DNA of 62,248 bases, taken from positions 39,800,270-39,862,517 of the forward strand of contig JARDVH010000115.1 in assembly GCA_030324005.1 (NCBI GenBank). Direction: 5' to 3'. The notes under the pieces were generated by a model, which worked only from the letters and a program-made list of their open reading frames with translations, was not told the origin of the DNA and made no database searches. The translations under genes were made by a program, and so were the position numbers. Of this stretch, positions 37,906-48,959 are shown one piece after another. Origin of the DNA: Negaprion brevirostris. Its lineage: Eukaryota. Each line of letters starts with the position of its first letter. Positions within the stretch are counted from its first letter, which is position 1.

Positions 37906-38028
37906 ATGATGTGGAGATACCAGCGTTGGACTGGGGTGGGCACAGGAAGAAGCCTCACAAAACCAGGTTAAAGTCCAACAGGTTTATTTGGAGCTTTCGG
38001 AGCTCTGTTGCTTCATCAGGTGATGAAG
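37906..38028 (-). mobile_element. Penelope-like terminal repeat with degenerate hammerhead and short fold-back
   Basis: atgatgtggagataccagcgttggactgggg...; minus strand CTGATGA...GAAAGCTC with broken stem II and missing 3' strand of stem I; palindrome cttcatcaggtgatgaag at 38011-38028. Confidence 0.8.
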
Positions 38029-38129
38029 AGAGGGGAGAGAGGCAAAGGGGAGGGGGCAGATGGAGAGGGGCTGAGAGTGAGAGAGGCTGAGGGGAGAAGG
38101 AAGAGGAGAAAGTGGCAGAGGGTTTAAAA

Positions 38130-38357
38130 TTTTAAAGTTTGTTTCTTTGTGTCACAAGTAGACTTATATTAACACTAAAATGAAGTTACTGTGAAAATCC
38201 CCTAGTCGTCACACACTGGTGCCGTTCGGGTACACTGAAGGAGAATTTAGCATGGCTAATAAACCTAACCAGCATTTCTTTCATAATGTAGGAGAAAACT
38301 GGAGCACCCGGAGGAAACCCACGCAGACATAGGGATAATGTGCAAACTTTGCATAGG
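38130..38357 (-). mobile_element. SINE, alternative-tail type, 5'-truncated
   Basis: Reverse complement of the 22802-23097 family. Confidence 0.85.
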
Positions 38358-38638
38358 GTAGAAGGGGAGAGAGGCAGAATGAAGAGCAGAAGGAAGTGAG
38401 AGAGACAGTGGGGAGAGAGAGCAGAGGGGAGAGAGAGCAGAGGGGAGAGAGAGCAGAGGGGAGAGAGAGCAGAGGGAAGAGAGAGCAGAGGGAAGAGAGA
38501 GCAGAGGGAAGAGAGAGCAGAGGGAAGAGAGAGCAGAGNNNNNNNNNNNNNNNNNNNNNNNNNNNNNNNNNNNNNNNNNNNNNNNNNNNNNNNNNNNNNN
38601 NNNNNNNNNNNNNNNNNNNNNNNNNNNNNNNNNNNNNN

Positions 38639-39289
38639 AGAAAAAGAAAACCCCTGTGTTGTTGCTAGCTTTAGAGGATCAGAGAAAAGACACACACAGA
38701 GATAGCAGGAAGATACAAGAAAAATAGTTTTAATTTCAGTTGGTATCGATATACCATAGAATGGAGTCAGAAGGTCTACACCTCTAACTGGAAACGCTGC
38801 CAGATCGCTGAATAAATTATTTGAAAGAACTCATACGTCTTGCTCTAAAGTTAAAGTAATAGTGAATTTAGAGTAAGTTTTCTGGATTGCAAAGGAGATA
38901 CCAATTGTGGAAGAGGTTCTAATGAATGTTCAGAAATTGGTAAAGAAACTTCTTTGCAACTGAATCAGTTCTACTCTTGGTGTAGAAATAGTGGTACCTC
39001 TTTACTGCAGTGCAAGGACATTGCTAGGATAAAAGGGACAGCATGAGTTTGAATACATTTTTCTTGATATCTGTGTTGTCATCTTTCCAACCATTTTTGG
39101 TTTCTAATGTAATAAAGTTAATGTTTCTTGTTTAATGAATGGCTTACCTTTTTGTTAAAAAGTCAACAGCAGACTCATGTGAATCTGTTCAATAGATACT
39201 CTCCATAGTTTTTTCAAGCACAATCTATCAAACCAGGTTCCATTCTGGGATTGGACTTGTCCAGTAATAACATCAACTGGGATATAACA
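38639..39289 (+). mobile_element. LTR-like sequence with 5' end in gap
   Basis: AATAAA at about 39111 and a ...gggatataACA terminus; TSD cannot be checked. Confidence 0.4.
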
Positions 39290-40649
39290 CATCTTACCAC
39301 CAGACCTCCTAGAAGTGCAAGTGACAAGATCCATTCACAGCCAGCAATGCTCTGTACTGTCTGAATTACAGACTGATCAGTATATCCGTGCTTAAGAGTC
39401 TTTAAAATATTTTGTGAGTGAGTACCCTCCATATTCCCAGCACATTGAAATGATGAACTGGATAGATTTATAACATATATCACAGGTAATGGGCACAATG
39501 TAACTTGATTTGGATCACACTCTAGGTGGTGTTAAAGACAAGTGATGTGATAGCTCTGGATTTTACTCTGAAATTAGCCCATGATCAGACAAGAAGTGTT
39601 GTATGCAATATTTGTACAATGGCAAAATGGGAACAGCTTCATATCAACACCAAAATTTCAATACAAATGTATTAATACATCCCTTTGTTTTCACATTGAG
39701 CGAAAAACACTTTTAGAATCTTATTTTTTGGTACACACCCTCAAATTTGGGTTCCTCATATTGGAAAAGAGTTGACTACTCCATTGAGTTATTTGGTTAT
39801 TACTTTGAAAACTTATTTGGCAATGAAAGGCCAGAGGGCACACTGCAATTGAAGTGGTTCCACATAACTCAGTACTTGTCAGTTACAAAATGTTAACACT
39901 GTAAAATGGCAGGTGATGTATTACTGTACCATAAATACAGTTGAAAGGAATATGTAAAAGCAATATAAGTAGCAATGTATTACCAGAAATAATCATTTTA
40001 TAATGATTATTGGTACAATCACTATTCATCTACCTAAATGTTTCCATTTCATAGTCAGTTATATATATCAAGGCACTGCCAAAACAAAATTAAATGTCAA
40101 AATAAGGTCAATTCTTTTTACCAATCCCACTCAAACAGTTTCCAACAAAATAATCCAAATTATGATTCAAACTAAAATCTATTAAAAGGAGAGAGTCATA
40201 CAATATAAATTTATTATAGAATAGCAAGCATTAAGTTCTGGAAGTTAGCAGAAATGGGATTACACCTTGGTTAGCTCTCTCAAAAATGGTCTGAGGAATG
40301 TAGCCACTGAATGGAATGCAGGCTACATGTCAACCTTGTGTTGCCTAATCACTAGATTAACTTTTCCTTCAGCCAGCACTTCCTGCACTGTTCATTGGCT
40401 GTAGGTATAAGCAGGGGGGGCCAACACTGTCCAGAATGTGCATTTCACATAGCTGATCTGGACTACTTAAAGGGGAGATGTACTGTTGCTGCAGCAGGTG
40501 CTGGGAGTGGTTCTACAACTTAATTGTCACAAGGAAGAGAGATCATTAGAAAAAACAAGGGATAATGTGACAATCCCCCCAGCACAATCAATTCCCCACT
40601 AACGCATAAGAACATAAGAACACTTTTGGTCTCTGCACTATAAAAGCTT

Positions 40650-40810
40650 AGCAGAGCACGTGGAAAGCACGAGATTTCTTATATCTTCTAGAGAGCCAGG
40701 CAGCTTTCAGACACAAGACGGCAGTAGGAACAGATAGCTATGAAAGTCAATGCTATCAGTACAGCTCCAAGGACCTGGGTGTGGAGCCAGCAGTTTGATG
40801 ATCTTGCATG
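40650..40810 (+). mobile_element. Harbinger Myb/SANT-like ORF remnant
   Basis: *EQIAMKVNAISTAPRTW...FDDL resembles the W..IA..VNA....RT...KW.DL pattern. Confidence 0.45.
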
Positions 40811-42344
40811 AACAGTTTAGGTCAGTGAATGCATAGTCAAATGCCACATCCCACCAACTGCATCACTAGCTTCACTCAAGGCACAATGTACCACATCATC
40901 CACTTACCATCAAATCTTTATCAATAACTACTCATACCTAACATTAATTTGTTCCACCTCACCTTCACACATTTAGTATACCCACATCTCAGTTTGCACA
41001 CAGTCAGCTGTTCAATCATGAGAGCCACATTATCCAAATAGATTGTATAACATTCCCTGATGTGCTCCTTTCTCTCTTGCAGAACAAGGTGGTGCCCAAC
41101 TGAAGGCATTAAGAATTAACCAAAGGGGAAGTTATTTGCATACATGTTCTAAGCACTCCCCATGCAGGAAACAGTGCTGACCATTATGGGAAGGGTCAAT
41201 ATTAAGGCTGTGGCTACCTGCAGGGCAGAAACCATTGAAAATGAGACCATCCACATATCCAATCTCCCTTCCATCATCTTTTTACTCCCTCAACCCATCA
41301 TCTCCTATGACTCAAAAGCTGATGGTCTAAGCATGCACTTCTTACTTTCTCCTCTTCCCACACCACAACTCAGTTTTGTCTCTTTTTCCTTTCAGATATC
41401 CAAGAACAGCACCTGCCAAGGGAGTGGAGGAAGAGTAAGAAGACAGTGAAGATGACAAACAGCCATTCGATTGCACACTCACAACCATTAGCTCAATACT
41501 AACACTGTGTAATTTAGAGAAAAGATTCACACGCATGGTGGGACACTTGACATAAGTGCACTGCAACCAAAAATAGGAGGAAAGCACAGATGCCAGCTCA
41601 TCAATTGATATGTTAGTTTTGCTGTAGAGGAGTCAGGAGAGGGTTTTGATGGGATAAGCTAAGGAAGAAGGCTGATGGATCTATGCATCCAAATACTTGG
41701 TGCACTTGAAAGTCTACCAGAAAGCCTGGCCCTACTGAGACTACAAACTGCCAGTCAATCAGATTGGCCAGCTGCTCTCTGGGACAGGGCTTCCTGTCCC
41801 TGAAGGGAGAAAGTCCCACCCTGCATTAATTAAGGCTGCCCCCAGTGTACTATTTCTGTAGACTTCATGTCAGTGAGGTGCCAATTCTGACTTTTAGGTT
41901 GTGGGCAGGAATGTGGCAAAATCAACCCCATGGAGTCTGGTGCACTTTAAATGTGCACATGTGCCATGGACACTATTTTCTCAAACTGCCAAAGAAACGG
42001 CACTACCATGCGTTGTATCACCTTCAAGAAACGGGAAATACCATGCCCAATTTCACTTCAGGGCATCTAATTAAGATCAATTTGGCTGAGCATGTTAGTT
42101 CAATAGAAGGGTAAACTTAGAATTCAGCTATAAATGTAGCAAGGCCTTTCAATGAGCAGGTAATATTATATGTTTCTGTTGATGCATGTGATAAGCTCTA
42201 TTGGTCTGCAATGTCACCAGGCACAAGTGCAAGTTTGACCAGTGATGAGAAATGACTTATGCTGCTGTACTATTTTGGTTCACATCCTTTACACATGAAT
42301 GATACACGTACTGTGTCTAGAAAAACAAAAATACAGAAATTTTT

Positions 42345-44400
42345 TTTATGATTCTTTCATGAGGGGGCTTGGCCAGCATTTGAAGCCCAGCCCTAATTGC
42401 CCTTGAGAAGGTGGTGGTGAGCTGCCTTCTGCCATACCACACAGTGCTGTGGGGAAGGGAATTTCAGGATTTTTTTTCTATTCACTCTTGGCATATAGGC
42501 ATTTCTGGATGGGCCAGCATTTATTGCCCATCCGTAATCGTCCTTTAACCAACTGACTTGCTAGAAACAACCACATTGCCATGGATCTGGAGTCACACGT
42601 GGACCTGGTAAAGATGGCAGTTTCCATAATGAGGCAGACGGGTTTTTACAACAATGTTCGTCATTAGACTTTTAACTCAAATTTCACCATCTGGCACGGT
42701 GGGATTTTAGCCCAGGACCCCAGAGCACTACCCTGAGTCTCCTGGTTTATTAGGCCAAATGATAATACCATTATACCATTGCCTCTCATAACGGTGAAGG
42801 AGCAGCGATATGGTTTCAAGTTAGGATGGTGTGTGCTTTGGAGGAAAACTTGCAGGTGGTGGTGTTCCAATTCATCTGCTGCCCTTGCCCTTCTAGGCGG
42901 TAGAGGTTGTGAGTTTGGAAGGTGCTGTCAAAGAATCCTTGTTGAATTGCTGCAGCGCGTCTTGTAGAATTCACACTGCTGCCACGATACATCAGTGATG
43001 GAGGGAATGAATATTTAAATTGGTGGTTGGGCTGCCGATCACGTGGACTGCTTTGAACTTCATGGTGTCCAGTTTCTTGCTGCTGGAGCAACATTCATCC
43101 AGGCAAATAGACAGTAAGCCATCAAAATCCTGACCAGGTTGCTATTACGCTCCCATATTTGAGGTGGATTTTCCATGTTCCAGTTTGTTTGCTGCTGAGA
43201 CAGCCATTGTCCTATATTTAAGATATGTGATTCTCACACGCACCCGCTCTCTGCGAACGTGTTCCCAGTCTCAGAGTCTTAATAGAACAATAACCCCAAC
43301 CCCGCCAAACCCACAATCTGGACATCAGCCCCAGTACCCCACCCTCTATAGTCTTGCCAACATCTCCCCTGCTCCTATGGTCTCGCCAGCACACCCCTCT
43401 CCTAACCTACTCCCACAGTCTCACATGGCATGGCCCTTATTTTCTTCATACCAAATTGGTTATCCTGCTCCTAACTTGTGCCTCATAAGTATTGGAATGG
43501 TTTTGGGCAGTCAGGAGATGAATAATGCACCTCAGAATTCACAACCTCTGACCTTGTGTAGCTANNNNNNNNNNNNTATGGCTAGTCCAGTTCAGTTTCT
43601 GGTCAATGGGAACTTCCAGAATGTCGATAATCAGGGATTTGGCAATATTAATGCCATTGAATGTCAAGGGGAGATGGTTAGATTCTCTTGCTGGAGACGG
43701 TCATTGTCTGGCAATTATGTGGCTTGAATGTTTTTGCCATTCATCAGCCCAAGCTCGAATGTTGTCCATGTTTTGCTGCACATGTATATGGACTGCTTAA
43801 ATATCTTGGAAGTCATAAATGTTGCTGAACAAATCATCCCCACTTCTGACCTGATAATGATGGAAAGGAAATTGATAAGGCAGTTGAAGATGGTTGGGCC
43901 TAGTACACAACCCTGAAGAATTCCTGCAGTGATATTCTGGGTCTGAGATCATTGGCCTCCAACAGCCACAACCATCTTCCACATCTTCAGTACCATTGCT
44001 GGTATGTTGTCATAGTCCATATCCTTTGCAGCGTCCAGTGCCTTCAGCCATTTATTGATGTCACATGAAGAGAAATAAATTGGTTGAAGACTGTCATCTC
44101 AGGAAGAGGCTCCAATGCAGAACCCACTTGGTACTTCTGGCTAAAGATTGTTGTAAGTGCTTCAGCCTTATCTTTTGCACTGATGTGCTGGGCTCCCTTA
44201 CCATTGAGGATGGAGATATTTGTGGAGTCTCTGCCTCCTGTTAGGTATTTTAATTGTCCACCACCATTCACAACTGGATTTGGCAGGGCTGCAAAGCTCT
44301 GATCTGATCCATTGGTTGTGGGACCTCTTTGCTCTATCTATACCATACTATTTGGCATGCAAGTAATCCTGTGTCGTAGCTTCACCAAGTTGACACCTCA
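42345..44400 (-). mobile_element. Fragmented APE-type LINE (CR1/L2 group) with nested related SINE (about 42475-42780) and unrelated insert (about 43135-43475)
   Basis: 3' tail ggccagcattt...ccctaattgcccttgagaaggtggtggtgag; RT-region remnants; HISAKDKAEALTTIFSQK. Confidence 0.7.
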
Positions 44401-44584
44401 GGTGTCCGTCCACTATTATCCCTCTTTCACTTTCCTGTTGGGTATGGTACAACTGACAATGACATTACTCTGTCAGCTATCTTAATTAAAACATTAGCCT
44501 GTTTAAAGTGAATAGATTTGGCAATCATGTCTAGTTTTGCTCACAAATTACAAATTATATCATTATATCTTTCCTACGTTCTGA

Positions 44585-45505
44585 CTAACAATACATAATA
44601 GGTTTGTGGTAGATTATAGCACCTCTGGGATGTGTTGAATCCAATCCAAATCAAATTGTTAGCAATTAAAAATTTCATATCATCCTGATAATTTTATAGA
44701 AAATAGCACCGGCATCGATGGAGAAGGGTTGCTTTGCAGAAAGCAAAGTTGAGGGACATTTTCTTATCTGATGCAAAGTGGGCAAGTATTGGCTGCAGCA
44801 ATCAGAATAACTGCCCAAAGTCAGCAGAAAGAGATTTAAATCATTTTGATGGCCATTCAAATTACCTTCACATTCAGAACATTGATGGCAACTTACCATA
44901 TTGTAGGGTGGGATTTCCAGTGGGTCTAACACTTATTGAAACTGAACTTACACATTAAAGCAAGCTATGTATTATACTTGAAATTATATTCACATAGTTT
45001 TAGAACCTTGGAAATCACACGTGGAAGTGCTTCGAGACTCATTGATGCAGCAATATAATTTCAGCCTGGAGATAGGATCTTTTTCACAACAAATGGTGGA
45101 AGTGTTCCCAAGCAGATGCTATTGAGGCTGAAGAAAGAGGATGTCAATACCAGAATGTAGTAGAATGGATGTAGTGTTGGCCTTACCCAGGCAGCAAAAG
45201 TGAGAATGATTTCTTACCTACTCTTTCTCAGGATGAACCTTGCTGTACTGCCCCACACCAAACCTTGCTCTGGTAATTGCCACCCCCCTCCCAGAAGAAA
45301 GCAACCCCCAGTAATTCTCCCGCAGCAATTCCACTGCTTCTCCCATCCCCAGCAATTCCCCAAAGTCACTCCCATCCCCAGCAATTCCCCAAAGCTACTC
45401 CCACTCCCACCCAACATTTAATTTGCTAACAATTTTGTTTCAGGTTGGATTCAAACACATCCCAGAGGTGCTATAATCTACGACAAACCTATTATGTATT
45501 GTTAG
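44585..45505. repeat. About 86-bp inverted repeat pair (44585-44670 and 45417-45505)
   Basis: ctaacaatacataataggtttgtggtagattatagcacctctgggatgtg... versus its reverse complement ...cacatcccagaggtgctataatctacgacaaacctattatgtattgttag. Confidence 0.9.
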
Positions 45506-45609
45506 AACANNNNNNNNNNNNNNNNNNNNNNNNNNNNNNNNNNNNNNNNNNNNNNNNNNNNNNNNNNNNNNNNNNNNNNNNNNNNNNNNNNNNNNNNNNN
45601 NNNNNNNNN

Positions 45610-45825
45610 CAGAGGTAGGTTCTTTACTCAGAGGGTAGTAAGGGCATGGAATACCCTGCCTCAACAGTAGTGGACTCGCCAACATTAAGGGCATTTAAAT
45701 GTTCATTGGATAAACATATGGATGATATTGGAATAGTGTGGGTTAGATGGGCTTTAGATTGGTTTCACAGGTTGGTGCAACTTCGAGGGCCGAAGGGCCT
45801 GTACTGCGCTGTAATGTCCTATGAC
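45610..45825 (+). mobile_element. CR1 3' end
   Basis: aggttctttactcagagggtagta...gggccgaagggcctgtactgcgctgtaatg. Confidence 0.85.
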
Positions 45826-46199
45826 ATGGTGGCTTGATTTAAGAATGCACATGAAATTTTGGTTGCAATTCCAGCCAGTCGCTCTTTAGGACACAGGCAG
45901 TGTTGTAATAAATCTTTAGACTCATATTCAACACTTGAATTCAAACAATAAGCCTTCCCAAGCCAGAAACCTGCCTCAGGATCGATCCCCTCTTTAAATA
46001 TTACACTTACACCAACGTCAAGAGGAGAATGACTAAAGCCAGAATCTGTTTTCCTCGGATATATCATACTGTGCAATGGTGTTCTGCTTCATTAAGTGAA
46101 AATTAATGTTCTCACAAAACTCTGGACAACAAGGAGCCGCAAGGTGCTCTTTACTGCATTAAGCTGTTAATAGATATTTATAAGCCAAGGTGAAAATAT

Positions 46200-46503
46200 C
46201 ACGGAAAGCCTACTGTGCACAAGCAGGCCATTCAGCCCATCGTGTCTGCACCGACTCTCCGACAGAACATCCGAACCAGGCATTATCCCCATAACCCCAC
46301 CCGCATAATCCTTCTAACCTACGCACCTTGGGACACTAAGGGGCAATTTGCCATAGCCAATCCACCCAACACACACACCTTTGGACTGTGGGAGGAAACC
46401 CATGCCAACACGGTAGAATGTGCAAATGCCACACAGTTATCCAAGGCTGGAGTCGAACCTGGGTCCCTGTTGCTATGAGGTAGCAGTGCTGACCACTGTG
46501 CCA
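46200..46503 (-). mobile_element. HE1-like SINE
   Basis: Minus-strand head TGGCACAGTGGTCAGCACTGCTACCTCATAGCAACAGGGACCCAGGTTCGACTCC; CR1-type tail. Confidence 0.85.
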
Positions 46504-47957
46504 CTGATCTTGCATCATTGCCAGAACTGGGAACTGGGACGGAACTTGTTTTTCAAAAAATGTGTAGAATCTATCTGCAAACAATTGAATACACCAAAGC
46601 TGAATATATTTCCAAGTTACACATTCAGCTGAGGTCAAGAACTAATAAAAAAGGGAAATTAAGCCCTCTCATCCTCACTCCATGCTCTTCATTGATTTGT
46701 TTATTCTCTCTTCCCTTCTCCAAATATTGTCTCAAGTCAGGACTGCTTACACTGTGCTACTTTACCCAAGTGACCTCATACAGTCAGTGGTGGTAAGTTA
46801 TTAAGCTGTGGAGGAGCCCAGTTCTGCCTCCCTCCAACACCCCTAACACTTTCCACTGCCGCTCCCAACCCCAACAATTCCCACTGCCACCACCAGCAAC
46901 TGCTACTCTCACCATCAGCATCTCTCACGGCCATTCTCACCCTCAACAATTCCTGTTGCCACTCTCAGCCCCAAGACTTCCCACTGTCCCTCCCACCCAA
47001 AGCGATTCCCCACTCCCAGTCCGACCCTGAATAATTCCATTGCAGAATTTTTCTTTCCCCCTGCACTTCTCCATCTCCCTCAAGACTTAACTTTGTATCT
47101 TCACCCTCAACTCACTCAAAATATTTCCTTCCAAGCTCCATGTTTCTCCTCCAAACATAGTGATGCACTGCACAACAATTTCTCATTCTCAACACAAAGT
47201 CATCTCTTGTTGTCCCTGTATCTGATACAAGCAGCGTTCTGATGACAACTTTAAAACATCTCACTCTTCTGCTAAATCTTTCTGACATTTGCCACTTTAT
47301 TATCCATGACCACTTCTCCATTTTGCTCACACACTTCTGCATATCTCTCTCCTCTCTCAATTTGCACACTGCATGGAGCTTCCTCCATATACACCAACAA
47401 TCTCCCAAAATATTGGACTGCCTGCCTAAGAGCTTCCATACCATATCAGAGACTATGAGACAGTCCACTTCCAGATTCTGTGCCAAACTGATGCAATGCA
47501 TCAACATCCCACAGTTTAACATGCCGTGAGCAATTATCTCAATGGACATTGCAGCTAGGTACACTGTCTAGGAGTTCATGGTATTAGCACTTTTTAGTGT
47601 CCAATCAGTCCTTTGATACTATCATCTTCAAATGTCAGAGAAAATAAATTGATAGAGCCTTCAATCACATCAGGACTCTCTTTCAGCCTGTTCTCCAAGA
47701 TCACTGGGATGTTGAAGAGCTTCATTGTGGAAAGGGCAACATTATGATGGGAGTGGCTTTGTTGCTTTCTCTCACAATAATAACATGCCTAATCCCCTGC
47801 TATCTCAGTAAATGTTCCTCAACTTTCTAGATAGATACCAAGGTCTGACTACTTGAAAATGAGTACCTTTTAAATACCTCCAGAAATGTCCATGTCTGAA
47901 GTGTACTGCTCCATAGTACTGGTCAAGCCCAATAACTTTTAATTTTAATTTTTTTTT

Positions 47958-48248
47958 AAGTTTATTTATTAGTGTTACAAGTAGGCTTGCATTAACAATG
48001 CAATGAAGTTGCTGTGAAAACTCCCTAGTCACCACACTGCAGTGCCTGTTCAGGTACACGGAGGGAGAATTTAGCATGGCCAATGCATCTAACCAGCACA
48101 TCTTTCAGATTATGGGAGGAGACCAGAGCACCCAGAGGGAACTCACACAGACACACGGACAATGTGCAAACTCCATACAGACACCCAAGGCCAGATTTGA
48201 ACCTGGGTACCTTACACTATGAGGCAGAAGTATTAACCACTGTGCCAT
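47958..48248 (-). mobile_element. Full-length SINE, alternative-tail type
   Basis: Reverse complement of the 22802-23097 family with A/B boxes. Confidence 0.88.
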
Positions 48249-48380
48249 CATGCACAGTTTTCATCAAGTTAAAAATCTGAAAATGGCTTCAAGGTTCTAC
48301 TTTAAAATAGTCTGACTTGTGCACTGTAATGAATCTCCTGTTTCATCAGGCAGCTATTCTGCCCATTTAATCTAGGCCCC

Positions 48381-48649
48381 TGTGACAGCATGGCCCCTTT
48401 AAGGGGGTGATCCCTCAGGGCCACATGATCGGGCCAGATCCTATGAAGAGGCAGTGTGGGAAGCCAAGCCAACTAGGTGCAAGGACGTGCACCAGGGTCA
48501 GGGAGAAACCTCAGCTGGAACCAGGGAGGAGAAGAGGGTAGACGTGTGTTACAGTTCTGTCCAACCCTTGATTGTACATATATAAATATTGTTGTTCATA
48601 AACCCTTTATAACTTGAAGCCTGAATTAGTCACCTTTGAAGTTATTACA
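48381..48649 (+). mobile_element. Probable solo LTR (269 bp)
   Basis: TGT...ACA termini; flanks gcccc/tcccc as an imperfect 5-bp TSD; cataaa poly(A)-like motif near 3' end. Confidence 0.6.
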
Positions 48650-48959
48650 TCCCCGAGAGAAATGGCAATGTGCAAATTTGTGGCAGAAATGATTAGATTC
48701 TGCTCTGTAATTTTCAAAGCACTACCATTCTCCTCCTCTGCTCAAAAGCAAGACAGAAATTCAATCTGAATCACAGAGTAAGCGTGGTTTTGTTATTAGG
48801 CTAGCAATCCAATAGCCTGGACTGGTGATCTGGGAATGCAAATTCAAATCCCAACAGGGCAGCAGGGGTATTTACTTTCATTTAAATAAAAAACTAATAT
48901 CAGGAGAAGTGAAAGGGCAGTATCACTGAAGCTCTCAGTGACTATTCAAAGGTACAAGT

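Larger units (their letters stand above)
37720..38538. repeat. Purine-rich (AG) low-complexity tract including a 16-bp unit gagggaagagagagca (about 38410-38538), interrupted by a Penelope end and a SINE
   Basis: Directly visible. Confidence 0.9.

Noticed and set aside
37990-38025. Active hammerhead ribozyme (also 52545-52585 and about 11330-11360)
   Set aside because: Stem II is broken and the 3' strand of stem I is missing here; GAAA is mutated at 52.5 kb; the core is decayed at 11.3 kb.
47112-47564. 150-aa minus-strand ORF as a nested gene
   Set aside because: No recognisable motif or splice context; consistent with a chance ORF or decayed TE.
48381-48649. This LTR as the 5' LTR of the adjacent Gypsy internal region
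   Set aside because: It has its own near-TSD, no primer-binding site follows it, and no matching 3' copy is present.
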